Below are positions 1 to 13,522 of a stretch of 64,000 nt of DNA, in pieces (the stretch's first letter is position 1; each line of letters opens with the position of its first letter). Below the pieces are notes generated by a model, which worked only from the letters and a program-made list of their open reading frames with translations, did not search any database and was not told the origin of the DNA. Source of the stretch: Antedon mediterranea (Eukaryota; Animalia; Echinodermata); assembly GCF_964355755.1 (NCBI RefSeq), contig NC_092672.1:6758001-6822000 (forward strand), read 5' to 3'. Both the position numbers and the translations under genes were made by a program.

Positions 1-124
1 CCTTATCCAAGAAGACTCGTTCTACCACCAGAACCATGGAGTGCGTGAGCCTCGAACCCCTGCCGATGTTATGGCTACATGATTACGGTTCCACTGTCTT
101 AACCGCTCGGCCACTCACTCACTC
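1..124 (-). mobile_element. tRNA-headed Deu/Nin-domain SINE, 5' part (cut by window edge)
   Basis: Minus strand has A box TGGCCGAGCGG and B-box-like GGTTCGAGGC; closely matches the copy at 22100-22222. Confidence 0.8.
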
Positions 125-150
125 TTATATATAACCCCATTAAACTTTAA

Positions 151-740
151 AGGCCAGGTGCGGGCAAAACATTTCTATTGATCATACATTCCAATAATTA
201 TCAATCTATAGTTTCCACTATGTTTCATAATTTTGGGGATTTTATTTGTGTTACACAAGCTTGTTGAAAATAAGCACTTTCTTATCAGTGGGGGGATAGT
301 TCATATTACACAGTAAAATCTCTATTCTTTTGTACACAAATTTTGTAAATAGAAAGGCATTTTAAAAAGCTATGAAAAATAAACGGTGTGGTAAAAAATG
401 TTATCAGATGACTAAATATAGGTAATATAACTTGAATATTACATTTCTGGTATTTTTATTCAACTTTGGATTTTTATTTTCATGCTATAGCAAAAGATAT
501 CCACCGTATATCCATCATTCTTTTTTACCTTCTAGGGAGTCACCAGACATGTGATTACATTTGGTTAAACTACCTACTAAAAAAAAGTCTTCCCGGTTTT
601 TATGGCAGAATTTTGCAAAATCTTGTATTTGACCATATTTGGGAAATTTATGTATTTTAGTCTTGATTTCTATTACAAATATTTGATTTATGTACAATTA
701 ACCAGATATTATATTTAAAATTCATGCCTGTACCTGAGCT
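151..740. mobile_element. Kolobok-like non-autonomous DNA transposon
   Basis: TTAA at 147-150 and 741-744; imperfect TIRs AGGCCAGGTGCGGGCA / TGCCTGTACCTGAGCT; AG...CT termini. Confidence 0.55.
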
Positions 741-771
741 TTAATCTATATTATGTTTGTAGAATGGTATG

Positions 772-912
772 TTCTTTCCAGATATCATCCTTCTTTGGAA
801 CACACTACCACAAGAGGCCATGGAGTCAACATCACTAGTGGAATTCTTTTTTTTAAATTATTATTATTATTATCCTCCACTAGAGGAATTCAAGAATCTT
901 AAGTTAACCTAA
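772..912 (+). mobile_element. Non-LTR retrotransposon (CR1/L2 group) ORF2 C-terminal relic
   Basis: 772-846 translates FFPDIILLWNTLPQEAMESTSLVEF, and a second piece gives PLEEFKNLKLT*; matches the FFP..I..WN.LP......SL..FK LINE terminal motif. Confidence 0.65.
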
Positions 913-2172
913 ATTAGAAATATGAAATTATCTAAAAAATTTAATTATAATAATTTAAATTTTTATATAATCAGACAAATCAAAGTAATATTAGCAGCTT
1001 AAACAGATTAATCTTGTGAGCCTGTAAGCACATGGTAGCGTGGCCATTTACTTGAAGTGGATTGTTTATATTAATCAATATATTAATTACTATATTAAAT
1101 ATTAATATTAATCTGCAGTGGTATACACAACCTTGTTTCAAATAATTTATTATTAATTATTCATATAAAAAAAGTTAATTGAAATAGGTGAAATTAAAAT
1201 GTAATAACTATAGGAATACAAAGCACATGTTGTACAATAAACAGCCTGGTTGATCCAACTAAAAAGAAAACAATCTAGAGGTATTAACCACTGACATTTC
1301 TAAGAGAGTCTCAAAATAAGGATATGAATCCATAAAATTATAACTTACTGATGTTCCATTACAGTAAATTTACAACTTACAGGGCGAAAACATTGATTTT
1401 TAAAGATACAGAAATAATCTGCCATAATTCATGCAATTTTCTGTAGAAGTAAACATTTGTTTTCAATAATTGTTACTACTTTAGAACCAAATTGGGATCA
1501 ATTAATAAAAATTGACCTATATATAACGTATAATATAAATCCAGATATCAAGGGGAAACAAACATTGAAAATAAGGAAAATATTAATGTTTTAGGCCTAC
1601 TTTTTAAGCAATAAAAACAACATACGGGCGACAAGACTTAAGTGTCCAGACTCATCCCAACAGCCTTTGGCAATTATTAACTCAAATTAATGAATAAATT
1701 GTATTATATAATTTTTGGTTTTAATCAATCCTGCTAAAATGGATTCTGTATAATATTCGGAGACTATAAAACATCTAGAACAATGGCACATTTTTTATTT
1801 TTATAATATGTCAAGGTGCCTCAGGAAAAATGAAAATTACAATTTAACAAAATATATTATATTACACATGTGGAAAAATATAAACTCATTTTTGGTTATA
1901 CTGTACTGTCAAAAAATAAATTATCATTACTCCATGTTATATTAACAATTTTATATAAAAACCGTTTCCCATTAAATGGGTAAACGGCTTTCACAAAATG
2001 TGTATTTGGGCTATTATAAATATAATGATTGATCCAATGCAAATTCTGTACAGGAAATATGTGAGCCATTACCAGAATACTGGATTTTCAAGGGTGATAT
2101 TAGAGAAATTGTGAAATTATATTACTTTAAATCAATGTGAATAATGATTCAGCATTTATATTGTTGAAATAA

Positions 2173-2698
2173 ATATATATATATATATATATATAAACAA
2201 ATCAGGCATAGAACATTAATTCTAAACCGCCCGGTAATATACTGAAATTTAATTAATTAATTTGAAACGATAAAGATGAGGAAATCTGTGAGAATGAGAA
2301 AAAGTCGCCCCAACCGAGACTCGAACTCGGACCGCCTGCTTGATATGCAGATGTCCTAACCATTAGACCACTAGGGCTTTCATGGTATTGTTCGAACTCG
2401 ATTGGATAGCGACTCTTTAACATTCTCGGCGTGGTACGGCGGAACAGCACTAGTCCTCAGTTGTACGCACGCGCCCCAGAGATCAAATTGATACGCCCTC
2501 ATCTTACAGTATTTTTATTCACGAGGCGGGATCTCCGAAGAGATACTTTTATATATATAAACAAATCAGGCATAGAACATTAATTCTAAACCGCCCGGTA
2601 ATATACTGAAATTTAATTAATTAATTTGAAACGATAAAGATGAGGAAATCTGTGAGAATGAGAAAAAGTCGCCCCAACCGAGACTCAGTACAACAAAA

Positions 2699-2750
<52 letters not shown>

Positions 2751-2759
2751 TGTTGTACT
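2173..2759 (-). repeat. 364-bp partial-tandem repeat embedded in (TA)n microsatellite
   Basis: 2195-2322 repeated exactly at 2559-2686; (TA)n on both sides; 14-bp inverted repeat at 2687-2700 / 2746-2759. Confidence 0.85.
2306..2377 (-). tRNA. tRNA-like gene, anticodon ATC (Asp-like), inside a repeat unit
   Basis: Full cloverleaf: acceptor GCCCTAG/TTGGGGC, D stem GTCT/GGAC, anticodon stem TCTGC/GCAGG with loop ATATCAA, T arm CCGAG-TTCGAGT-CTCGG, discriminator G. A TTTTT Pol III terminator follows 2 nt downstream. Confidence 0.7.
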
Positions 2760-5700
2760 TTTACAATTGAGTAGTATAAATACAGTACAATAAGTAAAAA
2801 GCTATTAGAAGTAAAACAGTCTGAAGAAGTTTAGAGCCTTCTACAAGTTTTTGGACAACATGATTCCTTTGTCTGAAAAATTGATTAAAAAAATAATTTT
2901 TTGTGCTTTATTTTGTTTCTGAAAATTATTAAACAAAGTTGCGATAAATCTTAGCATATTTTATTTAAAAAGTTTGAAGGGAAAAAAAAGCTATCGAATT
3001 ACAACATCATACAATTTGAAATAAATCTTATCGCCAACAAAACACTTAAATCGCAAAACATTTAAAAGTAAATTTCTAACAAAGAGCCATCAGCAATTGT
3101 GCTATTTCTACAGTTACGTTCCATTAACGTAATTCACAACTCACGAGAGGAACACGCTGAACTTTGGAAACACCTAGAGAAATCATCTAACGTACTAAAC
3201 TCTTGCGTAAAGTTCACAATCAATACTGTAGTCGTCTTCACGGAACAAATTGCGGCAGAAATAAACAAGTCGGTCTACGATATCTGCTACTACTTAGAAC
3301 CAAATCGCAATGTTCAATTAATAAAATACTAATGGTTTCATTAATGCTAAAAACAAAACAGGATTTATGTGAAAATCAAGTCAACGAACTAACTGTATTT
3401 GCACTAGGGATACTGTTTTGATATGCAAGACCTGTACACTAGTTTTTCTTTTCATCTTTCAGTCCAATTACAATTTAAATCTTTAATAAGCTAAAAAGCG
3501 TAGCCTAAATGCAATCGCACTTAGAAAGTAGTACCCGTGTTTTAACAAATTAGTGATCACATTGTTTTTCTGAAGATTTACAATCAAGTAAAATAAGCGT
3601 TTGCCATAACAACTGAAGAAAATAACTCTTGGACAATTCATCAATATTGGTAAGAATGTATAAAGACATGGATGTAATCTACCTGGTCTGAAATTTATTT
3701 TAAAGCCTTATTTCAACACAACATCCATCTATGAAAGTACTGAAAACTAATGTACTGCTTTAAATTTTCCCACTCACCTTTCACATTTTGACACCCTATG
3801 ATTTACTGTACATCCCTGTAAAATGACGTTTTTTAAATTAAAAAAATAATATATATTTTTGTCTATACAGACGTATCTTCTTTTTTAACCTAGAGTAAAA
3901 ATATTCATTATGTAATACATTATTTTCCATTTTCGGCAAGGCTGTATATTTCCAGTTTACCTCAAAATATGACTACATCAGATTTTTTACTTTAATCAAA
4001 TTTACGAGTTTCCATTTCAATAACGTCAGACAAGCAAAGAATCGGTCGAGATTATTACTTGACAAACCACTCGCAAATGAGATTAAAGACGAACGTCCAC
4101 AATATATCACAATAAAACAGACACTTAAATAGACAAAAGATTCTGTCTATTCAAGATTATAAGCCTTACAATATACAGTAAAGTAACTATCAAGATTTAT
4201 TATTTAGCCTAATCTGAGGATTTTTATGTGAAATGTTAGAGGGCAGTAAATAATGGTCAAAAGATCTGTCCCGTTAAAGCAGACAATGAAGATTCCATCA
4301 ACCGCACAAGCACGCTCTCATCACTCTTAAATAAGAAGATTGGAATTAAGTTTTGCATTACTGTTTTTTTCATCGGTTAATGTAGTAATAGAGTTATGAG
4401 TTTAAATACGATTCACATTTTTTTCTAATTCGCCAGTAACATCAGCGAAATGTCAGCCAAAGAATCTTGTAGTGCCGTTAAAGTTTAGTCACCCTGAGGC
4501 GGGTTTTCTCAGCGCATAGTTTAATAGTAGTATTACCAAAACGTGTAGAGTGCTACACTATCACATTGATGATTTATTACTGATGAAGATGAGCTATACA
4601 AATATGAATTTCAAATGACAAACAGCAGATATGCAATAAATGCATCTATAGTTGGCTAAGATTTTAAAGGTGTATTTCTACTGCACATTGCAGACAAATT
4701 TATTTTGATATATAACTTTATATAGTAAACCCATTTCTTCTACCAGGAAAAAAAAAATGTATGTCAACGGGTGGGTGTTATGAGCTGTAGTTATTATTTA
4801 AATAAATAATATAATACCATTACTTATTTAAACAGTTTAACATATGCAGTTTAATAATTTGACATTCCTAAACACAACCCAGAGCGGTGTAATTCTATTC
4901 GGACAGCATCTAAAGGTAACCTTTTCAAACCATTATTAAAATTCTATGTTTTTTCTTTGTGATAGAAACATTTCTGACTTACTACATATGTCCAGAGGGC
5001 AGCATTTATTTCTAAAACCCCAAGTTTAAATATTAATTTATTTTATTTTCACCAATTTAAAAATTTGTGATTTTATATATTCTCTAACATCAATATTAAT
5101 AAAATATTTTGATTATATTTTAATTATGACCTTTGATTATTAATAAATTAAATTATCAATACGACCGCTTGTCATTATTTTATTGAAACAATATAATTTT
5201 GATTGCGACAAAATATTAGTCATTGAAATAATAATTAAAACTTTATATCCAGAACACAAAAAAAATGAAAATTTATATAATAAAAATCCCTTAAATTGTA
5301 ATTTATGGGACACTAAAATGCACGATACCTTTAAATTTACCATTAAAAAGAAATCAAGGACTGCTAATAAAATACTATTATCAGTGTTTATTCTCTATTA
5401 TATGAAATAGAATTAAATCATCCTTGGATGACACTATCAAAATTGATATTAAAGCGGTGCGTTACAAATTGAAAAATTAATTTATGCCATTGACGAGAAT
5501 AATCAAGCAAGTTATTATAATTGAAAAATAATTTGATTTTATTAGTTAAGTAGTCTTCTCCAACAGGTATTAAGGTGTACTAATATTGTACTATACGAAT
5601 TGTGCAAGAGATAAAAAATATGTATATAAATAAAATAAAAAAAATGAAAAATAATTTAAATTAAGAAATATAATATATCTCAAAATGCCAAAAATAAAAA

Positions 5701-8116
5701 AATGTAAAAAGAAATCAATCTTTGAGATAACTTTTACTTCTGGTTGTCTACACGTGTGCATGGCGACAAAGAAAAGACTTTTGAATATGAAGATAATTAC
5801 AAAAATGATGTTGGTATTGATAGGTATAAATAAAGATAAGAATTTTGATGATACGATTGATAATTATAATTTCGATAAATGAATGATGACATTGACAAGA
5901 ATGTTTACGAAGATTATGGCAACACTATAAAAGAGGATGATGAGGAAGCTGATAAAGATAATAATAATAATGATGATAAATAAAGTGATATAAAAAAAGA
6001 GGAAGATGATGATTAAGTTGATAAAGAGGAGTATGCTGCAAAGAAGAAATAATGATGAATACTGATACTATAATAGCATTATAATATAATGATAAAAGTT
6101 GTTTTTTAATTAAACTGAACATCAACTAAAATGTTAAATATACAAATTGATTTTAGAAACATATATATGTTGCTACATTCAATTTATTTTAAAATATATC
6201 AAATTTGTTGATTTGAAACAAAAAAAAGAAGATATTTACGACATGTTACACAAAAAGTGAAAAACTTGTAATAAGCTGTGACAAAAAATACATTAAGTAA
6301 ATGCCAGATGTATTTGATTTGATATACTGGTCAATCAGAAAAAAACGTCACTTTCAATCAGAAATTAAATTGCTTCACTACGTTTTTGTAATAATTTTGA
6401 ATCCAAAAAAAGAAAGAAAAAGAATTCAGATTAATTCAGTTAAAACATTTGTTTCCAAACTAAAAAAAAATGCTTTCAAAGATGTTGTGTCTGGAAAAAT
6501 CTAAAGTAGAGTAGAAATAAAGTTTAAATTCAGTTAAATCTAACTTTAAACTTTGAAAATGTTGTGTTATTGTAGAAAATTATAAATATATTTATTCCAA
6601 GTGGCGGCCTATTCCTCATTGGCATACTGTACTATAAGAAACAGACATTGAACTCAACGCAATCACTGCTTAAAAATTGATTCACCGTGGCCAGGAACTA
6701 AAATGAAATGCTGCAGTAATCCATCACAGACACATGCAGTTTGAAGTCATTACGCAGTCATGCACTACTATACTACGCCTGCGTTTCATGTTTAGCATAT
6801 CAATAACGTACAAGTTTATAAACAACTGTAGGCCTAATTGTGTTATAAAAAAAATGTTATGATTTATTTTCAAACAGATATAAATTTTAAGGAGTTCCTG
6901 TCAAAACCATCTTCGCCTACAATACTGTAGTTTGATCAGGGATGATGGGTTTGATGGCTATTTTCATAGTGGTCTATCGTATTCCTACAATATCATTAAA
7001 ATATGATATCAGAAAACTATTAGCAATTCTCTTATTGTTTACTTAATATACTTGGAATACATTGCTTCACATCTAATCTTCTACACATAATTCAACACAG
7101 TGTATGATTTATTACCCATCATTTTCATTAACTTCCTAGCAATATAAATTCCACTTAGATTTTGCTGGCCAAACAGAGGTTTAATGTAATAGGCTAAATA
7201 TATTGATATATCAGGCAAGAAATACAAACAGCATACAGCTCATAAACCGCGCCATTCTCCTGGGAGAATATTTGATTTAATGAGACATATGGCCTAATTG
7301 TAGAAGCATTGATATATGGTAAGTGATCGGTATTGACGTGGCTGTAAGCACGCTTAAAGTTTCCTAATGTACCTGTTACAACGAAAATTATGTACAACTA
7401 CTTTGTTGCACTTAGTGAACCCAATGTTTCTTTTGCAGTCTTTAAATGCGATAAATTCGGAACACATCCTGTTAATATTCCTAGTGATTAACAGAAGTAC
7501 TATAGATAGGTTCTATGGGATTTAGACGTGAGATACGTGTGCAACAAAATGTTACATGGATAACTAAAAGTTTTAAATTTACAACTTTCATTTACAAAAA
7601 TTCAACTAGACAACAGAGTCTAATAACACAAAAACAAAACAAATCGTTGGGATTGGAATCTATAAGTTAAACAATAAAATTTCTTTATTAAAACTTTTAA
7701 ATTTACAACTTTAATTTACAAAAATTCAACTAGACAAGAGTCTAATAAAACAAAAACAAATCGTAATCTATAAGTTAAACAATTAAATTTCTTTAAAGTA
7801 AACTGAAGTTTGAAGCAACTACAATTTGAGGCTTCAAACTTTGGTAATGAGTGGAGGCACATGACAATGATCCTAAATATTAAAGTGAGCCTATACCCAA
7901 TGTTGGGCTTATAAGCAAACCACTATAAAGAACACAGTACAACTCATCTTTCGGGACACCTGTGGTCAAGAGACACTCCTATCCTTGAAGGAACACGTCT
8001 ATTGAAGGTGTGTCTTGTGAAATGAAAAAGAGGAATATATATACTGTGGTCAAACCCTATTCAGTGGACACCCTTAAGAAGGGTCACGTTGATGTCCCAA
8101 AGGTGTTCCCTTAATA

Positions 8117-8989
8117 GGCCCCGTTTCTGCTGCCAAAAATATACCGTATATATACGGTATATTTTATATACGGTATATTTTTTGGCAGCAGAAATGGGTC
8201 TCATAAAAAATATACCGTATATATATGCGGTATATATACCGCATAAATATCCCCATCGTTTGTGGATATTATACGGTATATTCCAAAATATACCGTATAT
8301 TTCGTACCCCGTTTCTGCTGCACTCAAAATATACCGTATATGTGACCCGGCCCATGACACGAGGTCAAAAACTAACAGAGCGTGACGCGTTTGTTTGGGT
8401 TTTTCTGCTGCATTGACACACGCGTGTATAATAAGCAAGCAACAGATCAAAATATCACTGTGGACTGAAGAAATAACTATTTTTGCAATTCAATTGTGGG
8501 GAGAAGCGAAGGTTGGGGGGAGACTACATGGCAACAGAAGAGATACCGAGATTTACAAAAGTATCTCAAACAAAATAAAAGCAGAATTTGTGGTAGACTT
8601 AATAACGCCAAAGTTATCGGCAAACGCCGTCGTCTTCTTTGCATAAATGTAGTCAATGCCCATTCTACATTTCTAGATTGTTTGTGCGATGTAAATTCGT
8701 TGCCACTTCTGATCATTAGATTTAAAATAGAAAGCAATGCTAAGACGTTTTGAGAAACCATAATTGTTTTGTTTTTGTCATGTAACCTCACTACACGAGA
8801 CTCTAGGTCAATCCATACTTCCGTCTCACAAAATGCATTTTGGGTATATGAAAGCCAACTTTTTTTACAGCCCACCCACGAAGTATGTGCAGCGGAAACG
8901 GTGCACGAATTTCATATACGGTATATATACGGTATATTTATACGGTATATTTATACGGTATATTTGGGATTGGCAGCAGAAACAGGGCC
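8117..8989 (+). mobile_element. PIF/Harbinger non-autonomous element with Myb/SANT relic
   Basis: TIR GGCCC(C/T)GTTTCTGCTGCCAA, 3-bp TSD ATA, subterminal ATACCGTAT/ATACGGTAT repeats. Internal ORF piece WTEEITIFAIQLWGEAKVGGRLHGNRRDTEIYKSISNKIK resembles a Myb/SANT-like (trihelix) domain. Confidence 0.85.
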
Positions 8990-10849
8990 ATAATGTTCTT
9001 CTGCAGTGTATTTAAATACACAAACGCAAAGACAGAAATGATTAATCTTAAAAAAATAAAATACATACAGTAGCGGTACATAATACGAGTAATTGAGATT
9101 CATAGTTGAATAAATTGCCATTAATACACAGTGCTTCATTTTGTATCATCCTCATGTAGTGAAGTCAATGTTAATCATACAGAAGCAAATTGATTATATA
9201 TAGCAATTTTATTGGTATTCTTGGATACCTATATGTATACATAATCAAAAATTAAGGGTAATAATAGTGTACAGTTAGGAACATGGTCTTATAAATATTA
9301 TTATTATAGATCAAAAGTTTGATTGAAAAACCTGCATGGCAAAATAATGGGCCTAATTGAAACTTGAACATCTTGCTTTATAGGAGCGAGCACATCAACT
9401 AGTAAACCACAGAGGATCAGTTCGAATCATTGATATATTGATATATGCACAGAATAAAACTAAATCTAAACATTTTCTACTGTATACTAAACCTGATTAT
9501 TTAAATTGATGTTTAGTATTAACCTTTTCATACATGCATGAAATATTCTTAAATCAGAAAACTTGTTACTGAATTTAGGCAGGGGTAGTCTAAATAAGAA
9601 AGCAGTCCTAACAGAAAATTTAAATCATTATAAAATTGAATGGTTTTCAAATTGTTCAACTATGATTGAAAATAAGTTTGATACATTCAAAGCACAAAAT
9701 AAATCCTGTTTATAAAATAGAAAGGATGCGTGCGTCCACCCACCTATACAGTATCACATACAGCGAGCATATGCCAAAACATATTTGTGTTCCTTGGTGA
9801 AGATATTTAATAGGGACTTTTGATTTTGTGACAGTCAGTCACATGCAAGGAACTTAACTTACATATTATAGTCAAATACATATTATTCATTTTTATTAAT
9901 AGGGATATGTCAAAATGATTGTACTGCAGTTACTGCAGTTAACTACATTTTGGTTATACTCTTTAACCTGCTTATTCAATAATGCATAATAATAATGTGT
10001 CAGAAAATCATACACACTATTTATTACAGATAAGGCAATATATAATATACTTCTACAGTACATTGAAAATAAATTTTATTGCAATAAACAAATGTACTTA
10101 CTGCAGAACCTGCAGTAGAGTAATTTGCTATTTGTTGGTTTAGAGTTTCTATCTGCATTTTAGAAAATTAGGATATGAAATGAAATTACAGTAGAACATT
10201 CTAAGAAAGCTTAATAAATAAGGAAAATGAAAAAGTACTCTGTTTGTAAATGATTAAAATACACACAAGGAAATTGATCCTGCAGTGTGTTTAAGGGGCA
10301 ATTAATAGTGTATTGTATGTTAAAATTGGCTAAGATGTTAACTGAGATAGACATTGATGATAAGATTCTACTTGCAGAGATTCATGAATTATGTGTTCCA
10401 GAAAACCTACTATTGGCACAGCTTTGGGTGTATATTAATGGAAGAAAAATAACGTTTACAGTCAAAACAAATGACTTATATGAGAAGTCAACGACTAGCT
10501 GAGAATGGCGTCAGCGCAATTTAATTGATAGTATTACGATGGCTTGCTGCAGGGTATGTAGGATCTGACGTGAAAGGCTCTGTGGAAAGCGCCTGCGAAT
10601 ACATGAATATAATTAGAAGACGATATTCAAATCTTTGATGGATTTCAGAAGTGGTACTGGTAGTGTAAACAATTTATCAATGAGTAAACTGAGAAGAATG
10701 GGTTTGATTTAATTAACCATTCACCTAAAACATACTTATACACTATCAGTAAATTATTTTTTAGAAAAAAATGTATAAACATATTTTAGGGAAAATTAAT
10801 TTTAATTAAACAATTTAATTGATTTACTGTATTTCTTTACTTTAAATTG

Positions 10850-11305
10850 GTTAAACTGTAGTTATACAACTGAAAACTGGTTAAAAACTGTCAACTGATA
10901 AGCAACCAGCTGGTTAACAACCCTGTAAACTGGTTAACAACTGTACACTGCTTATCAACTGTAAATTGGTTAACAACCATGTAAACTAACAACCAAACTG
11001 GTTAACAACTATAAACTGGTTAACAACCCTACAAACTGGTTAACAACTGTACACTGCTTATCAACTGTAAATTGGTTAACAACCATGTAAACTGGTTAAC
11101 AACCCTGTAAACTGGTTACCAACTGTAAACTGGTTAACAATTCCCTGTAAACTGGTTCACAACTGTACACTGCTTAGCAACTGTAAATTGGTTTAACAAC
11201 CCTGTAACTGGTAATAGCAACTGTAAACTGGTTAACAACCCTGTAAACTGGTTAACAACTCTGTAAACTGGTTAACAACTGTACACTGCTTAGCAACTGT
11301 AAACT
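10850..11305. repeat. Minisatellite, ~18-20 bp unit CTGTAAACTGGTTAACAA(CC)
   Basis: Over 20 imperfect tandem copies with an interspersed variant CTGTACACTGCTTA(T/G)CAA. Confidence 0.9.
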
Positions 11306-12364
11306 GACTGTTGCTACAAAATAGTTCTAAACCAATTAATGATTTTATTTGTTATAGTTATTTTAAAAAAACAACCATCATTATATAGAGATCAGTTTAC
11401 AGATCTGAAAAAATAGCTATTTCTTATTAAGTAATAAGTAATTTATTGTTTTCTATTACTTAAAGAGTTTAGGAAATGCTAACATAAAAGTTCAAATCAA
11501 CTCAAATTTAAGATATGTAAGAAAATACAACTATTAAATCTAATATATATATATATATATAAATCTATATGTCACAGATAGACTAGTGATTTCAAAGATG
11601 TAACCATATGACCTTTGATTGATACATAGAAAATGTTTTGCATTATGATTGATTGTGGGTGTTATTGCTATAGAAGGTATGGGGTACGAATGAGCAGATT
11701 AAAGATAAAGATATATTGCAAGCAGTTTTGATTGATTACATATCTTGGTAAATTATGAAATAATACATCTTTTTAACCAAAATTATATAGAAATTCTGCT
11801 GAAAATGTTAAATTTCACATTTATATCTAAAATTAAGTACCTGTATAACAACATTATATACAGGTACATAATTTTAGATATAAATATGAAATTTCACGTT
11901 CAGCAACATTACTTTTTACAGAGTTTTAGGATTTAAATTCAGTAGTTAAATACATTTTGGAAACTTCAATACAGTATAATGTAATAAGTTTGCTGTACAC
12001 CATGTACATGAATGTAGTTCTGATTGTTGAACTTCTCGACATTTCAATCAATCTTCGATCGTTCTCAGGAGTGAGAGTGTTAAAATTATACACATAGTTA
12101 AATAAATTTTGCAATTTAAGGTTATATGCATATGGACTTATTTAGAAGTCAAAATATCAAATACTGGACATATTTTGTATATCATGTGTTGTTCAGTTTT
12201 CTCTACTTTATCATGGTTTTCATAGAAAGAAACTTTTTTTACTAAAAGAATTTTGTGCGATGCGAGGCAAGTGATTGGTCGTTTAAATGCTAGTTCTAGC
12301 ATGTACGGCAAACTGTGTATGTAAGTGTTCATCATACAGTAGAAAGAAGCTGTGGATTGATTAA

Positions 12365-12743
12365 AGATGTATTGTCCCCCAAAAACATAAAAAATGAAGA
12401 TTTAAATCAGACTTTGAATATGTTATTTTGTAGTTTTAATAAAGTTAATCACTTCCATAGAAAAAAAAATGAAAAAAAAAATAATGTTTTCACTTATAAA
12501 ATGACTAAATATATGGATAAATTCAACCAAAAATCCATTGGCGGCAGCCAATTTGACCATTGGCGGCAGCCAATTTGACCATTTTTTGCTTTTCAAATTG
12601 GCTACTTACATTTTTATCAGGTAAATACATTTTTTTCCGATCCAATTTTTGGTCAAAGTGGATTTGTTATGTTATGTTACATTAAAATGGAATATTCAAC
12701 AAAAATTTGTTTAAGAATTATTTTTTCAGGGGACAATACATCT
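12365..12743. mobile_element. Kolobok-like MITE
   Basis: TTAA TSD; perfect TIR AGATGTATTGTCCCC/GGGGACAATACATCT; second copy at about 44810-45121. Confidence 0.8.
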
Positions 12744-13522
12744 TTAAATAAAGTCATGGTGTGTTTTATAAAACAAATAATAAATGCTGTGTACATTTAC
12801 ATTCTTTAAAAGATTGATTCTCTCCATTAAACTTGCACTTTATAAACTAATTGTATTTAGTACCATGACCATTTTGTGAAAAGGCAAGTAAATATCTTCT
12901 TCGACATACAATCTATACCATGTATTTAATTTACATAAATTAATTACGAAAACCGTCAATTTAAGATGATTATTATAGGAGCTAAGATATACATAACAAA
13001 TCTAAATCTGCATTTAGCTTAGCCCCTCATAAATTTTAATATAATATTTTGATAAATGTAACTCCTATTAACTTTTCATTGGTTAGTCATCTAAACCCTA
13101 GATCAGTCACAGATAAAACTCATTTTCTGGAAAATAAAAATGTTATCAATATCTACCTCAAGGGAAATAATTTTCCTTACAGTTTCATAACAGCCATATA
13201 CATTTGAAAATCACCTAGTTTTGAGTTGGTGGTCACATGGAATCTTTTAAGGTGAACATTTTTTACATAAACACATTACTTTTTTTTTTTATTTTTACCT
13301 ATTTAAAAAAAAATATGAAGTGTTATATCTATTAGTAATGAGTTTATTTAGTATTCGTATCTAAAAATACTGACATTTAAAAACTTTATAGCCATTGGTT
13401 TTAAAAGGAGATGACATGAAGTAGTATATAAATTGAGATTCTACGCTATGTATTCTGAATATTTTACAATTACAAATTCTATCTATCTATCTATTTCAAA
13501 GAAATTTAAATTGGAATCTTTA

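Noticed and set aside
2380-2470. Hammerhead or HDV-like ribozyme in the tRNA-bearing unit
   Set aside because: CTGAGGA is present on the minus strand but no stem II with GAAA could be built; HDV pairing was unconvincing by eye.
3099-3332. 77-aa ORF with an upstream acceptor-like site
   Set aside because: No recognisable domain and no partner exons.
3550-3690. Candidate last HEATR6 exon (ITSMSLYILTNIDELSKSYFLQLL...)
   Set aside because: Weak acceptor and no convincing similarity to the HEATR6 C-terminus.
5880-6100. Acidic low-complexity coding region
   Set aside because: Decayed GAT/AAT simple repeat with stop codons.
10850-11305. CRISPR-like array
   Set aside because: Units are contiguous with no unique spacers; the context is eukaryotic and there are no cas genes.
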